A DNA stretch of 63,110 nt, counting the filler, from Octopus bimaculoides (Eukaryota): assembly GCF_001194135.2 (NCBI RefSeq). It is 3 parts of 3 records of this genome, joined end to end, with 100 filler letters (N's around TTAATTAATTAA, not from the genome) between each part and the next. Parts side by side here need not be neighbours in the genome. Positions count along the whole stretch, not along the records: positions 1 to 19,901 come from NC_069000.1; 2 more parts are not named here. The stretch is one strand, 5' to 3'. Shown in pieces: positions 1 through 11,789 of the stretch (within the stretch, counting starts at the first letter, position 1; each line of letters begins with the position of its first letter). Position numbers and translations under genes: made by a program. The notes below the pieces were generated by a model. The model searched no databases. It was not told the DNA's origin and saw nothing but the letters and a program-made list of their open reading frames with translations.

Positions 1-267
1 TATTTGCAGAAATGTGATTTTGGAATATAACGAGGAAAAATTCGGATCTTGGGAATTTTCCGAATGTCCTCTGCCCACCTCAATATTTTCCCAACAAATT
101 ACTTTATAGTCGTAATGTATGCCGTTTCAAAGGTATTTCTATAAAATTTCATTGAAAAAAACCCCATTTTCCTAAACATTATGAGGGGAAAAACTCGGAT
201 TTTGTGAATTTTCCGAAGTCCTCTCCCTACCCATCCGTTGCTTTGCGCGCAATTTTTTTTTATTTTT

Positions 268-2058
268 TCATATTCGTTTCCTAGACATTGTTTTACACCC
301 ATTCCAGTATTTTTTTTTTTTTTTCATTTCCGGTAGCAGCGGAGCTGCTTCATCGGGACATCTAGCCTTGAGTAACTGCATTCCCGCTGGAACGTCTTCA
401 ACTGGTATAAATACCAATGAGTCGATCGATCTGTCCACAGAATTGATGAATGTTTTCACTCTCTTTGTAGTGGTTGGTAAGGCCAAAATCCTGTATTTTT
501 CTATAAGTACTCTGAGCCAGTTGGTAGAAACAACCTTGTGTGCATGTTTCTGGCCTAAGAACATTGTTGATAGCTTGGATGATCGCCTACTCGAAGTCAA
601 AAATTATTGTTGTTGGGTCAGGGTAGAACTCAACTTCGTGACAATGATCCACGACTGCTTGCAGCAGGGTTTCATATGTATCCTGTGTTTTAGTCTGCAG
701 ACAAGCAAAAACAGTAGAAATTGCAGTATTACCAATTGGGACGTGTATTATCTAAAGCTGTAGAAATCCTAGTGGAGCCATTGCATAATTACCATGCATC
801 AACCATGTATCAGCAGAAGCAAGTAACCGCAATGATTCATCAGAACCAAAAGCAATGATGTGCCAGTGTGTAGTCCATCATCAAAGAACAAAAATGATCT
901 GGGCTTGGAAGCTGCAGTAGTTGTCCATTCTCCAGTAAGTTTCAGATCCTTGAGTATTTCTGGTACTTATGGATAGAGTTTTGATCTTTGGTTACGCAAA
1001 GTTTTCTTTATGATTTCCTCACTTGGAAGTAATGCCTTTCCTTCAGCTTGTAAGGGTCTAGCTTGACCCTGCCCAAGATTTGAAACCAAATCCATCGGCT
1101 TATTGTTTCTCAAAACGAGCGGGAAATCCTCCACACTAGATGATTGATGAGAAAACACTCCACCCCTAGGATCTGTACTGGTCAAGGAAAGATCAGTCCT
1201 TTGTTTAAGGTTTGACCTACATTACTGACCATAGCCTTATATAACAGAGAGAATTTTCTAACTCTTCCTCTTATGTGTCAGCCAGACCAAGGAGCAAGAC
1301 CCGCTTTTGCATCAGCCTTAACCAAGAGCAGCACTTCTTTTTGCCCTTCGCTCGACATGCTAAGAGAGGCTTTCGGGTGTAAGAAAGGCGATGCCACCTT
1401 TATCCTTTCTTCCTTTCTAGTCAGCATCATGACTACCTTACTCTTTCCCTCTCTACTGACAGACAACCTTTTTCTAAATATCAACTACTAACCAGCAAGT
1501 TAGTAGTTGATATGTCGCCACTATCACTAGAATTGCTTGATTTCACTATCACTAGAATTGCTACTGTCTCTATAACAACCTATCGGGTAAACAAATAAAT
1601 ATATGTAAATAACATTTCTTCCTTCTTGGTACACTTGGTACACTTCGATGTACAGTGGTTACTCCGACGTGAGAACCTTGAAGTGTTACATCTATACGCT
1701 ACATTTAGTAGTGGGCTACATGGTATCGAATTGATATGGCACATCACAACAAGCCCGCTACAAGCCGATTAGTCATCTAGGTAATTGCTGTAAATCTGGT
1801 TAGGTTTATCTTCTGTTTCTGCTGCTTTTCTTTTCATGCTGATGCATTTTGTGGCTGAAATAGCTACAGAATCAGGAGTGTCGTGGTCATTGCTGGTACA
1901 GGATCAGTCATATCAAGGCTGGTGGTCATGGTACCTTTACAAAAATATGTTCTTTTAACACATCTCCATCTGATAGTAGTTGGCTTTACAATCTGTTTTG
2001 TATACATGTGTTTTTGGAAGCAAATTTCTTTTCTTTTATTACTTGCTATGACTTCCAT
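268..2058 (-). mobile_element. MULE (Mutator-like) DNA transposon, decayed FLYWCH + DDE transposase
   Basis: Minus-strand translation gives an N-terminal FLYWCH-type finger (MEVIASNKRKEICFQKHMYTKQ..RWRCVKRTYFCKGTMTT, ATG 2058), then LPSEEIIKKTLRNQRSKLYP, WLMHGNYAMAPLGFLQL (W-x-DG-x-F..P..F-QL motif with D>H), IFDFE*AIIQA, QGCFYQLAQSTYRKIQ and LVFIPVEDVPAGMQLLK. Stops and frameshifts are present, and it is interrupted by an insert at 1055-1772. Confidence 0.8.
1055..1772 (+). mobile_element. LTR-retrotransposon 5' fragment (LTR + tRNA-Trp primer-binding site) inserted into the MULE ORF
   Basis: TATATAA 1238-1244, AATAAA 1594-1599, ...TGTACA end at 1654, then TGGTTACTCCGACGTGA (1656-1672), a 15/17 match to TGGTGACCCCGACGTGA, the complement of the eukaryotic tRNA-Trp 3' end. 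Removing the segment restores the MULE reading frame. Confidence 0.55.
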
Positions 2059-2336
2059 GGTGAGGTTTTTGTAGAGCCACTAAGATAAATGGCAACCAGA
2101 GTTACTGGTTTCATGTTTATTTGTTAAGGAGTCTTTATGACAGCTTTGAGGTACGTTCCAAACTTCATCAAGCTGTCCCAATGTACGTTCCAAAGTTCTG
2201 AGGAAATCTTGCTTATTGTGCCATTTTTACCTATCTTTTTACTTGTGCCATTTTTACCTAAATTCCAAACTGAAACAGCGAAAAGCACTGAATTTCTGTT
2301 GATAGGCCTGCGTCGATATGTTGTTTTATATATATA

Positions 2337-2534
2337 CAGAATCGTTAACACACCGGAGAAAATGCTTAGCGACATTTCATCCGTCTTTACGCTCTAAGTT
2401 CAAATTTCGTCGAGTTCGACTTTGTCTTTCATCCTTTCGGGTGTCTATAAAATAAGTACCAGTTGAACACTGGGGTCGATGTAATTCATTTAACTCTTCC
2501 CCTGAAATTGCTGGCCTGGTGCCAAAATTTGAAA

Positions 2535-2539
<5 letters not shown>
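2337..2539 (+). mobile_element. tRNA-derived SINE family A (GGCGAGCTGGCAGAA head), 5'-clipped copy
   Basis: CAGAATCGTT box-A remnant, AAGTTCAAATT box B, body CTTTCATCCTTTCGGG..ATAAAATAAGTACCAG and tail GTGCCAAAATTTGAAACC, all shared with more than 10 copies in the window. Confidence 0.8.
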
Positions 2540-2580
<41 letters not shown>

Positions 2581-2593
2581 ATACATATTTAGA

Positions 2594-2983
2594 TGGAGTA
2601 GGTCGTTCAGCTACCTAACATGACTCTCAGAAGGCTGTCATCTCGCTGGTAGTGAACCCAGATGAAGAACATATACAAGCAAGGTTGTAACTTAAACACA
2701 TTTATTGTGGCCACACGTATATACACAATGGAATGATAAATAGAATGGTTGATGTGTAAAGACCATGGTCTTCTGTGCTATGCTCCTACCTGCAAGCTGG
2801 CCTGTGACATAAGATAGTGTTTGTCAAGTTGCGTTCTCATAGCTTGCGTGTCAGTGTAGAAAAGAGGAAGAGATGAGGTCACGTGTCTGAACCTTAATGT
2901 TGTGTAACACCCTCTATATCTGTATAGCCAGCTTGTTTACCCACTGTCAAGTGGGGTAATGCACCTACAGAGCCCCGCCTCTT
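2594..2983 (-). mobile_element. Gypsy-type 3' LTR (~376 bp) with polypurine tract
   Basis: On the minus strand AAGAGGCGGGGCTC (PPT, 2983-2970) is followed directly by TGTAGG (2969); AATAAA at 2706-2701; ends ...CCTACTCCA at 2594 (TG...CA, imperfect terminal inverted repeat). Confidence 0.55.
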
Positions 2984-3189
2984 AGACTGGAAGTGGTCGA
3001 CTAATAGTAGTGTAGGCGGAGTGTATTGGGAGGGCACAGATGAATGAACCATGGCAAAACAGTTGTATGAACAAGTGAAAAAAAAAATACAATACAAGGA
3101 AAAATGTTCAGCAAAGAAAGGTGTCCAATTAAGTAGAACAAAGAATATATGTACAATGATACAGAAGAGGGAAAATTAGAACAATCTGT

Positions 3190-4697
3190 AAGCAGCCGAA
3201 GCCAGCCATTGCCTTTTTCTCAAACCAGCTGAAAAATTCCAAAATGAGATATAGTGTATTAGGTAAAGAACTTTTAGCAATTTACCTGGCGGTGAAGCAT
3301 TTCTCTTATCTTCTTGAAGATAGAGACTTCACGATTTTCACCGACTACAAACCACTAACGTTCACTCTCTTTGCAAAAATGAACCAGTACTCGCCCAGAG
3401 AAACAAGACAAATTGGATTATATATCACAGTTCACTAGTGACATTCGCCACATTGCTGGCACTGAAAACATCCTCGCCGACACCTTATCTCGCCTACCTA
3501 TCAGTGCATTGTCATCTCCTGCTTCGATTGATTTGGTTGCTATGGCTACTGACCAACCCTCCTTGGACATCTCCTCACCACAGTTTTCGTGCTGCAAGTT
3601 TGAATACCTGCCTTTGCCGTTTTCTGAAGGAACCATTCTCTGTGAAGTTTCTACCGGGTCACCACGACCTCTCGTTCTTGAATATCACTGTCATGCTGTT
3701 TTTGAAGCACTGCATTCACTGTCACATCCCGGCATTGCGGCCACAGTAAAGCTTATCTCAGCCCACTTTTTCTGGCCGAATATGCGACAGTCTATTACGG
3801 CTTGGTCACGCACCTGTCTACCATGTCAGCATTCCAAGGTGCATTGTCACATGAGAGCACCTCTGGGACACTTCCAGCCACCGGACACCAGGTTCCGTCA
3901 CATACACATCGACCTGGTTGGTCCTTGGCCAGTCAGTTGCGGATTTACTTATAGATTGACTTGCATCGACCGCTTCTCCAGATGGCCTGAAGTCATCCCT
4001 CTCGTGGACATTTCCGCGGAAACTGTTGCCAGAGCACTCATTTCTGGGTGGATATCTCGCTTCGGAGTACCCTCTAGAATTACTACTGATCATGGACGCC
4101 AATTTGAAGCTTGTCTGTTCCATGAGCTTTTGAGATTGCTTGGAGTTCAGCACATCCACACCACCAGTTACCATCCCTCCACGAACGGTACGGTGAAAGA
4201 TTCCACCGACAGCTCAATGCCGCTATTCACACGGCTCCTGACCCTCATCATTGGTCCGAGTTTCTCCCTATTGTTCTGCTAGGGTGCCGCTCAGCTGTCA
4301 AGTAGGACTTAGGATATTCCTCGCTGAGCTCCTGTATGGCACCACCTTAGCACTTCCTGGACAAATGTTGGTGCTCGTCGACTTACCGAGTACGAACTCC
4401 ACATCTTACGTCACGTGACTCAGGTCATTCTTTGCTGACCTGTCACTGATGCTTCCTCGTGACCAATCTATTTCCTCTGCAGTACCTCTGGATATTTCTA
4501 CCTGGACTTACGTGTTTGTAAGAAATGACGCCGTCAAGGGACCGCTCACACCTCCCTACACTGGACCCTATCGCGTTCTTAAAAGCACACCAAAACTGTT
4601 CACTGTGGACATTCACGGAAAAAAGAGACTGTTTTCATCGACAGAGTAAAAAAAGCCTTTTCCGAAACATTTATGCCACTTTCTGACACATCCATCA
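3190..4697 (+). mobile_element. Ty3/Gypsy pol remnant: RNase H + integrase (zinc finger, DDE, GPY/F)
   Basis: [55 protein letters not shown] (RNase H); [12 protein letters not shown] zinc finger; [37 protein letters not shown] (integrase core); YVFVRNDAVKGPLTPPYTGPYRV (GPY/F). Frameshifted and runs into an assembly gap. Confidence 0.93.
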
Positions 4698-5789
4698 NNN
4701 NNNNNNNNNNNNNNNNNNNNNNNNNNNNNNNNNNNNNNNNNNNNNNNNNNNNNNNNNNNNNNNNNNNNNNNNNNNNNNNNNNNNNNNNNNNNNNNNNNNN
4801 NNNNNNNNNNNNNNNNNNNNNNNNNNNNNNNNNNNNNNNNNNNNNNNNNNNNNNNNNNNNNNNNNNNNNNNNNNNNNNNNNNNNNNNNNNNNNNNNNNNN
4901 NNNNNNNNNNNNNNNNNNNNNNNNNNNNNNNNNNNNNNNNNNNNNNNNNNNNNGGGGGGGGGTAATGCGCCTACACATATAAGAAATTGTAAAAATATTC
5001 GAATGTCATCTTCGAATAACTGGGTAAGGTGTGTTAAGTTTATATGATGTTATTATGATATAAGACATTATTTCATAATTCCTGATCACTCCTGGAGCCA
5101 TAACTAATATAGTGGGAAATAATCGCAGCAGATTTACTTCTGAGAATTTTGCCTAGTTTATAGTAAACACGAGGACAAGCAAAACAGAACGAGTGTCAAA
5201 AGAAACAATAGAAACGAACAGTGTATCGAACCGAACAGAAAAAGCATAGGCGTTTGAAGGGAATAACGAAAAATCAATTTCGAATCTCGATTGAACACAT
5301 TTATCTATATTAGTTTTTCTTGAGAAAACAGCCAGGATCTTTTCAGTTTGGCTGCCAATTTTCAAAAATTCAAAGTTTATGGAAAATGTTTAAATTTGCT
5401 ACATTAAAGTAGTTTTCCAAGTTGAATCTCTGAAGATATTTCACTTTTTCCAGAATTTTTTTTTAAAAAAAGAGTATAGATGTTTAAATTTGATTATTTT
5501 CACTCAATCAGAAAGCAGGGCTTGTAAGCTATCATTTTGTGCGTGTTGTCAACTATAAACAAATGAAATACTGGTGGAATTCTGCTTCACACACGCCATA
5601 TAATCCCTCATAACTTTTTTATTTTGGAGTTTCAGAAAACTTTTGCGAATTTCTATTCTACATATGGGAATTCATATGATTAAGTAAAAACCTAAACAAA
5701 AAATTGGTCATGTGCGTGATTTAAGGCTTATGTAGCCGTTATTTTTCAGCACATCTCACCACCACCTCAATGACTAGTATATATTTGTC

Positions 5790-5912
5790 AACATGTGCTT
5801 TCTCACAGACAAAAGAGTTCTCCTGCTTGGCTCTTGTTCTTGAACTCTTTTAAACCAATGGCAATCAGATTCCTCCACATGTCATGATCTGATACAAGAT
5901 CTTCCTAGATGT
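5790..5912 (-). mobile_element. RTE-clade LINE C-terminal remnant
   Basis: Minus translation *EDLVSDHDMWRNLIAIGLKEFKNK resembles the RTE C-terminal WE.LA.DR..WR..I..G...FE motif. Confidence 0.4.
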
Positions 5913-6765
5913 TATTAGTTATACTAACAGAAAGACTGCCCTCCAGGCGGTTTTCTGCTAGCCACTCGATAATATTTTCCCATTTGATTCCCAATTATAA
6001 TAATATTTATGATATTTTAAGTCTAATTATTTTTTTGTATTATAGTGCTCCCTTGCTTAGTAAATATTGCTTTCATTACTTTATCAGAGTCATAATCTCT
6101 CTTTTTTAAACAAACATCAAGGTAGTCCAACTATGTTTAATGTGTCAAAAAATAGCAGCGATCACATAGAGATATTTTAATACCTATAGCGTATCAAATA
6201 GCCATAGTAACAAATTCACTTGCTAATTCTTAGATTATGATGAAAAGAAATGTCACATGAGTTCAAAACTTCAGTTAGTTTTAATAAGTCATCCAATATA
6301 ATTTATTTTCAGTATGTGTAAACAATAAACTGAGGGCATTTACACAGCGAATTTAAGTCAACAAAATACCTGATTTCCTCATCTGAAATAACGAAATAAA
6401 ACTTGAAATGAGAAAATGGCAATGAATTAAGTAGGTTTATTATTAATGAAAACAATTAGAAGCAGGAGAGAGTGAAAGTGAATGACTGTGTTGCAAATGA
6501 AAACGAAAAATTTTGCCAGAACATAATATTGTTTATCAAATGTTAAAACTTACTCTGCAGTGAACGTAAAGCTTGGCAACAAATATTTAAACTTGTGATA
6601 GTAAATTATACCAGACATTTCAAAAGTGAATTTTTATCAATATAAGTTTATAAAAATTTTCCAGAGAGTCAAACCTATAATAAGGCTATTATGGAGGGTA
6701 TGGCTAACTAACAGACATCAAAGAAATTTATATGTAGATATATAGCTGAGTCAATCTGTTATATA

Positions 6766-8049
6766 CAGGGTGCATAAGTTATACACAGGATGCATCTATT
6801 ATATACAGGGTGAGAACAGAGTTATGCTTGTAAAACAACAGATATATAATAACAGATAACTTTATTTATCAAAAAATACAATGAAGATAAAATAAACCTT
6901 CTTTTCTATAATGTTATTCAATAAAGTTACCTTCAGCTTCAACAATTGCTTCTATGTGTGATCTAAATAATCTACATGCTTGAATCAAGTGGTCCTGGTT
7001 CATTTTGGACATTACTCTGAGTATGGCAGCTTTCAAAGAACCTTTGGTGTTATGGGGGTGTTTATTGACCTCTCTATCAACAATGCTCCACATTATAGTC
7101 CAATGGATTGAGACCTGGAGAATTAGGAGACCAAATGTTAGGGGTTATGTGATCATAAAAATTTTCAGCCATCCATTCTTGTGCTACTAGAGCCATGTGT
7201 GATAGAGCAGAGTCTTACTGAAACACATATGGCCTTCCATTGCATACATTGTCTATCCAAAGCTTAACAATTGTTTCCAGGACCTCAATGTAGGCGGCAG
7301 ACTTAACCCTAAGACCTTGTGAAAAGAAGTAAAGAGGCATCACATGTCCTTCATTGCTAACAACCCCTAAAACCATGAAAGTTGCAGGAAATTTTGTATG
7401 CATAACACTTGGAACTTCAGAAGAGTCTGCACATAAGCATCTGTCATTTTTTCTGTTAACTTTTTGATCTTGGTCGAAGTTTTTCTCAGTTGAAGTTTTT
7501 CTTGTTTGAGCAAAACCAAATCAAATCTTCTGCTGCTGGAATTTCCAGTTTATTTAAGAGCCTTTTAGATCTGATGTAGTGATTTTCTTTTGCCTTTTCC
7601 TGAAAAATTGACCTTTCCTCATCATATAAGACTTATATCTGATGTCTTCATGGACAACATTTCTGACTGTTCCTTCTGACGCATGGAGATCTTTTGCAAT
7701 TGACCTCATGGACTTTCTGGGATTGTAATTAATGGTCTGCTGAACTTGCTGGATAAATTCAAGTGTTCTGAATGCTTTTTATAGTTTGATACTGGTGATA
7801 CGTTTCCATCTTCAATCTCTAACTCCTTACAAACTTTGCAGACGAAAGACCTGGCAACTTTTAAAAATCGAGATATTTCTAAATCACTATGCTCAGCCTT
7901 TATAACCACTATAACAGCATGCCTCTTCATTTCTTGAGTGAGCTGAGGGTCTGCCATTATTATTTTCTGAAACACAGATTATACAGAGTTAGCAAAAAAT
8001 GCAGCAATGACCCAAAAAAGGTATGTCCTCAAATACCTTATGCACCCAG
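6766..8049 (-). mobile_element. Tc1/mariner DD37D (maT/Bmmar1-like) transposon, full length, inactive
   Basis: TIRs CAGGGTGCATAAG (6766-6778) and CTTATGCACCCAG (8037-8049), 12/13 identical, each flanked by TA. Transposase remnants MADPQLTQEMKRHAV..., TKFPATFMVLGVVSNEGHVMP..GRPYVFQ*DSALSH, WSPNSPGLNPLDY, IEAIVEAEGNFIE* (stop 6914-6916). Confidence 0.88.
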
Positions 8050-8201
8050 TATATTTATCATTAATAATTGGCAGAACTTACATAGGTGTGCATAGATAGA
8101 TAGATAAATAAATAGATAGATAGATAGATAGATAGATAGACAGACAGATGGATGGACAGATGGCTGGATGGATGGGATGCACACTCACACACACACACAC
8201 A

Positions 8202-9578
8202 AAGTCTGGTGCTTTGAGAATACATGGGAATGGCAGTTCCTTACATTTTCAAATATACCCAAATTTAAAATGATCTAATATAATGATTTCATTCATTTGG
8301 CATGTGTTGAAATATGCCAAAACAATTTAATTCTTCACAAATATATGTTACTTTACATATAGTTTGTGTTAATTCTATTTACTGAAACTTGCTAAAAAGC
8401 ATATTTTGCTTTAAAGTAGTAACTCCTGGTAGACAGAATTGTTAGTAATCATATTGTTTTCATTTTTCTCAGCCAATATTTTTATATTAGCCTTCTTTCG
8501 AACTCTAGATAATGTAACATATCACTGACCATATGAGAAGAATTGTGCTGGAAGATATATTCTAATTCGTTCAAAAATCTGTTCCTATGCCTTGTTGCAT
8601 GTCAAGGCAAAAGCTGACTTGACAGGAAATTGTTTGCGTGTAAATGTGAATGGAAATTCCATTTCTTTAGATTCATGTGGTATTCTTGAGATTAGCAGAG
8701 TTAATCCTGCATAAGGACCAGAAGCAACCTCAGCCTCAATAACATGATCATGTAAACTGACAATGATGTAGCATGTGCCATTGCAATGCGCATTAGTAGC
8801 ATCTAAATTTCTCAGAAGCATTATGCAGCATTTTTTCTTTAGTTTGAGAATGTGTGGTAGAAACCCTGATGGTCTAAGTTTGTTGATGAACTTGATTGGA
8901 TACAGAGTTTCATTATCGACTGTATCTGAGCTTCTGTATATTTTTTTTAGCTCACTAGGGATCCTAGTCAACAGAAAATCATCCACAAATTGTGCCGCTT
9001 CTTTTGTTGGAGTAACAATGGTTCTATTTACAAGCCACACAGGGTTTGTGAAGTTATTTTTGAGGTCAGCATATACAAAAATCTCACAGATCTGAAAGAG
9101 TACCACTTTCAAAGCAAAGGTCATTGGATAGTTTGATTTTGAATTCACCTAGGTTTTGTTCAACAGAAATGTTACTATTTCCTACATCAAGAAGGTAATT
9201 AGCAAACTCTCTTTCATCAGAATGACCTTCTGTAAGAAGTCTTAGATTAGTTGTCAACTCCACTACTTCCACATGATCCTAAAGTAAAGATCTCTTTAGT
9301 GTTGCGTCAACAATTTGTGATCTGACACCATTATTTTGTGTAGCGGAAACAGAATCATGTCTACATCTCCATGCATATTCAGGCATCTGTTTCAGTCACT
9401 TTGTCCTGGTTTCATCTGATTCAGTTGCCCGTCTTTCTCTCTGCCATTGTGTCTTTGCTGCTAAATTTTCCTTATCAGTCGCATATATTTTTGGATGCCC
9501 CATGTTGAATTGCAAAATTCAAATGTGATATTTGTGTAATAACAAAATCGAACCTGGAGTGTGTGTGTTTATATTAGA
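8202..9578 (-). mobile_element. Internally deleted Helitron (5' end + N-terminus fused to PIF1 helicase C-half)
   Basis: 5' TCTAATATAAA at 9578; ATG 9503 MGHPKIYATDKENLAAKTQWQRERRATESDETR; then LTTNLR..FANYLLDVG, YPIKFINKLRPSGFLPHILKLK..IMLLRNL..HCNGT, RKQFPVKSAFALTCNKA*EQ, FSYGQ*YVTLSRV, NSVYQELLL* (stop 8411-8413). These are PIF1 helicase motifs typical of Helitron RepHel. The 3' end is degenerate. Confidence 0.85.
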
Positions 9579-9852
9579 GGGACAGTGTTTGTGTGTGCGT
9601 GTGTGTGAGAGAGNNNNNNNNNNAGTGTGCTAGAAATAGCAGCAATCACATAGTTATTATTGTACGGCTTATTGCATTCTAAGCAGCCATACTAACAAAA
9701 TCACTTCTTCATTTAAAAAAAAGAAAAATTATACTAGTATATTAAAGATTGTCATTTTATCAAAAATATTTATTTAACAAACTCTGAAAACTGATAATAT
9801 TCTTGAAATTGTGCCTCATATCAAAGTTATATAGCTATTATTAAATTATCAG

Positions 9853-9960
9853 ACCGTTGCCAGTGCCGCCTGACTGGCCTTCGTAGGGTTTTCGAGCGAG
9901 ATCGTTGCCAGTGCCCCTGGACTGGCTTTTGTGCAGGTGGCACATAAAAGACACCATTTT
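9853..9960 (+). repeat. Fragment of the RTE 3'-UTR repeat module
   Basis: CCGTTGCCAGTGCCGCCTGACTGG..CGAGCGAGATCGTTGCCAGTGCC..GCAGGTGGCACATAAAAGACACCATTT matches modules at 14200-14460. Confidence 0.7.
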
Positions 9961-10329
9961 GAAGAAGTGTTTTCTGATATATGATTTTGTGGTACCTCTT
10001 TTGTTGTGAACTTTGGCTAAATATACAAGCTTTGCAGAGGGGCATTTATTTTCCAGTAGACATTGTACCCTGTTTCTAAATTACAATACAATTAGCAGCA
10101 AAACATGTTGACCAGTATAACATAGCTTCTCTCATCAAGATTGCTATTTTTAATTTTATCCCATTTTCCTTCATTCTTTTCCTAGTTTCTTCTGTCTTTC
10201 CTTCTCTCTCTTTCCACTATCTGAAGAAGACTGATGTTCAAAATCTTACAGCCATTAACTCTCTCCATTTCCCTGAGCATCATACTGAAAACATTATGAT
10301 ATTATCTTATCCCTTTGCTGTTTTGTGTC

Positions 10330-10970
10330 TTTCAATGTATGTGTGGGGTGGGGTTGTCAATGGTGAACTACTAGAACCCATCTCAGTTGAATCATGTCTT
10401 AAACAGGGTGATGTCATGATTCTTATATTGTTTGTCATGTACTTAGCTATTGTTATCTTGCAAGCCTTTGTGCATAGCAATGCTGGTTTCAACATCCATT
10501 GTTTTGGTACAGTTGCAAAAACTTTCATGGCTTGTGTTCATGATCTTCTTTGTCCTGATGACTGCGATCTTGTAACCAACACTGAGGAAGATCTATGGCT
10601 CCTGATGGTCTGCTTTTAAGCTGCATGTGATAGGTTTAGACTTATAATCAGTCTTAAAAAGACTGTAGCCATGCTATAACAAGCAGCAGACAAGTCATAT
10701 ATCCCACCGTTGATATACATCAAGGGTAAAGAGTTAGAAGTCATAGGTATGCTTCTCTACTTTGGTAACATACTTGATGAAGAGGTCAGTTAAAGACTTT
10801 CTAAGGCCTGTGATGTGTTTCAAAAGCTTGTATAAAGGCTCTGGTCACAGCAATAAAGTTGAGGTCTATTAAGCATGTGCCTTAACAATGCTATTGTATG
10901 GATGTGAGACCTAGACAACCTATTGCAAACATTTCCAATGTATCAAGTGATTCCACCAGTGATGAACTGG
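10330..10970 (+). mobile_element. Old RTE-clade LINE reverse transcriptase remnant (second family)
   Basis: CLKQGDVM..LF, LLCPDDCDLV (YADD position), ISLKKTVAM, EEVS*RLSKA, MLLYGCET*TTY; many stops. Confidence 0.75.
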
Positions 10971-11011
10971 TCCATCAATCAACAAAGGTGATGTCAAAAT
11001 CGAAAAGCTGA

Positions 11012-11248
11012 TGACAAGTGGTGGTGGGACACACGCGCGTGCGCATGTGCACACACGCATGCACACACACACGCACACACACACACACACACACACGACC
11101 GGTTTCTTTCACTTTTCATCTACCAAATCCACTCACAAGGCTTTGGCAGGTCCAAGACTATAGTTGAAGGCATTTGCCCAAGGTGCCATGCAGTGAGACT
11201 GAACCCAGAACTATGTGGTCCAGAAGCAGCTTCTTACCACACAGCCAC
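11012..11248 (-). mobile_element. CORE-type tRNA SINE (family with internal CA/TG microsatellite)
   Basis: Reverse complement reads GTGGCTGTGTGGTAAGAAG..GGTTCAGTCTCACTGCATGGCACCTTGGGCAAAT; ACCTTGGGCAA is the CORE-like box. Homologous to 17197-17640. Confidence 0.75.
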
Positions 11249-11789
11249 ACATATGCATAAGTGTAATTATTTATTGTCTGCTCACTTGAAAATTGATATT
11301 TCTTTATAAAATATGGATGACAGATAGAAGCTACCAAGAGAAATAATGAGATGGTACTGGCAATGATTTAGAGTGAAGCAGAGGGTCCAATCATTAAAAC
11401 AAACATGGGGAACAAGCAGCATGTACAGAGGAAAATATGAATCAAAGAATACAGAGTGAGTGTTTACAATAGATTAGAGAATGTGTTCAATATAGAATAT
11501 AAAATAAAAATGAGAGAGAACATAAAAAAACCCAGTAAACATTTGGCTGAAAGTTACAACATTGGTGACATGAATATTCTCTATAGTCATTCGTGAAGCT
11601 TTCACATTTATGAGTGAACTTCTGAAGTGTTGAGAGAATGGGAAAGTCATGTTCCTTCAATTGTGCAGAAGAAGTGCAAGTTGTTTTTAAATGAAAACAA
11701 TGCAGAATATACAATTTTCAAAGGAAAACTAATTTTTATGGCTTTGTATAAACTTTAAACCATCTGAAACATTGTGCCATGGGTGCTAC

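Noticed and set aside
31-232. Two ~50-bp degenerate direct repeats (GAGG..AAAA.TCGGAT.TT..GAATTTTCCGAA.GTCCTCT) as the MULE terminal inverted repeat
   Set aside because: Only scattered short matches to the reverse complement of 2150-2310; not enough to call a TIR pair.
4954-5370. G9 run plus downstream sequence as PPT and 3' LTR of the plus-strand Gypsy
   Set aside because: No TG start or recognisable CA end or AATAAA, and the G run abuts an assembly gap, so it could be an artefact.
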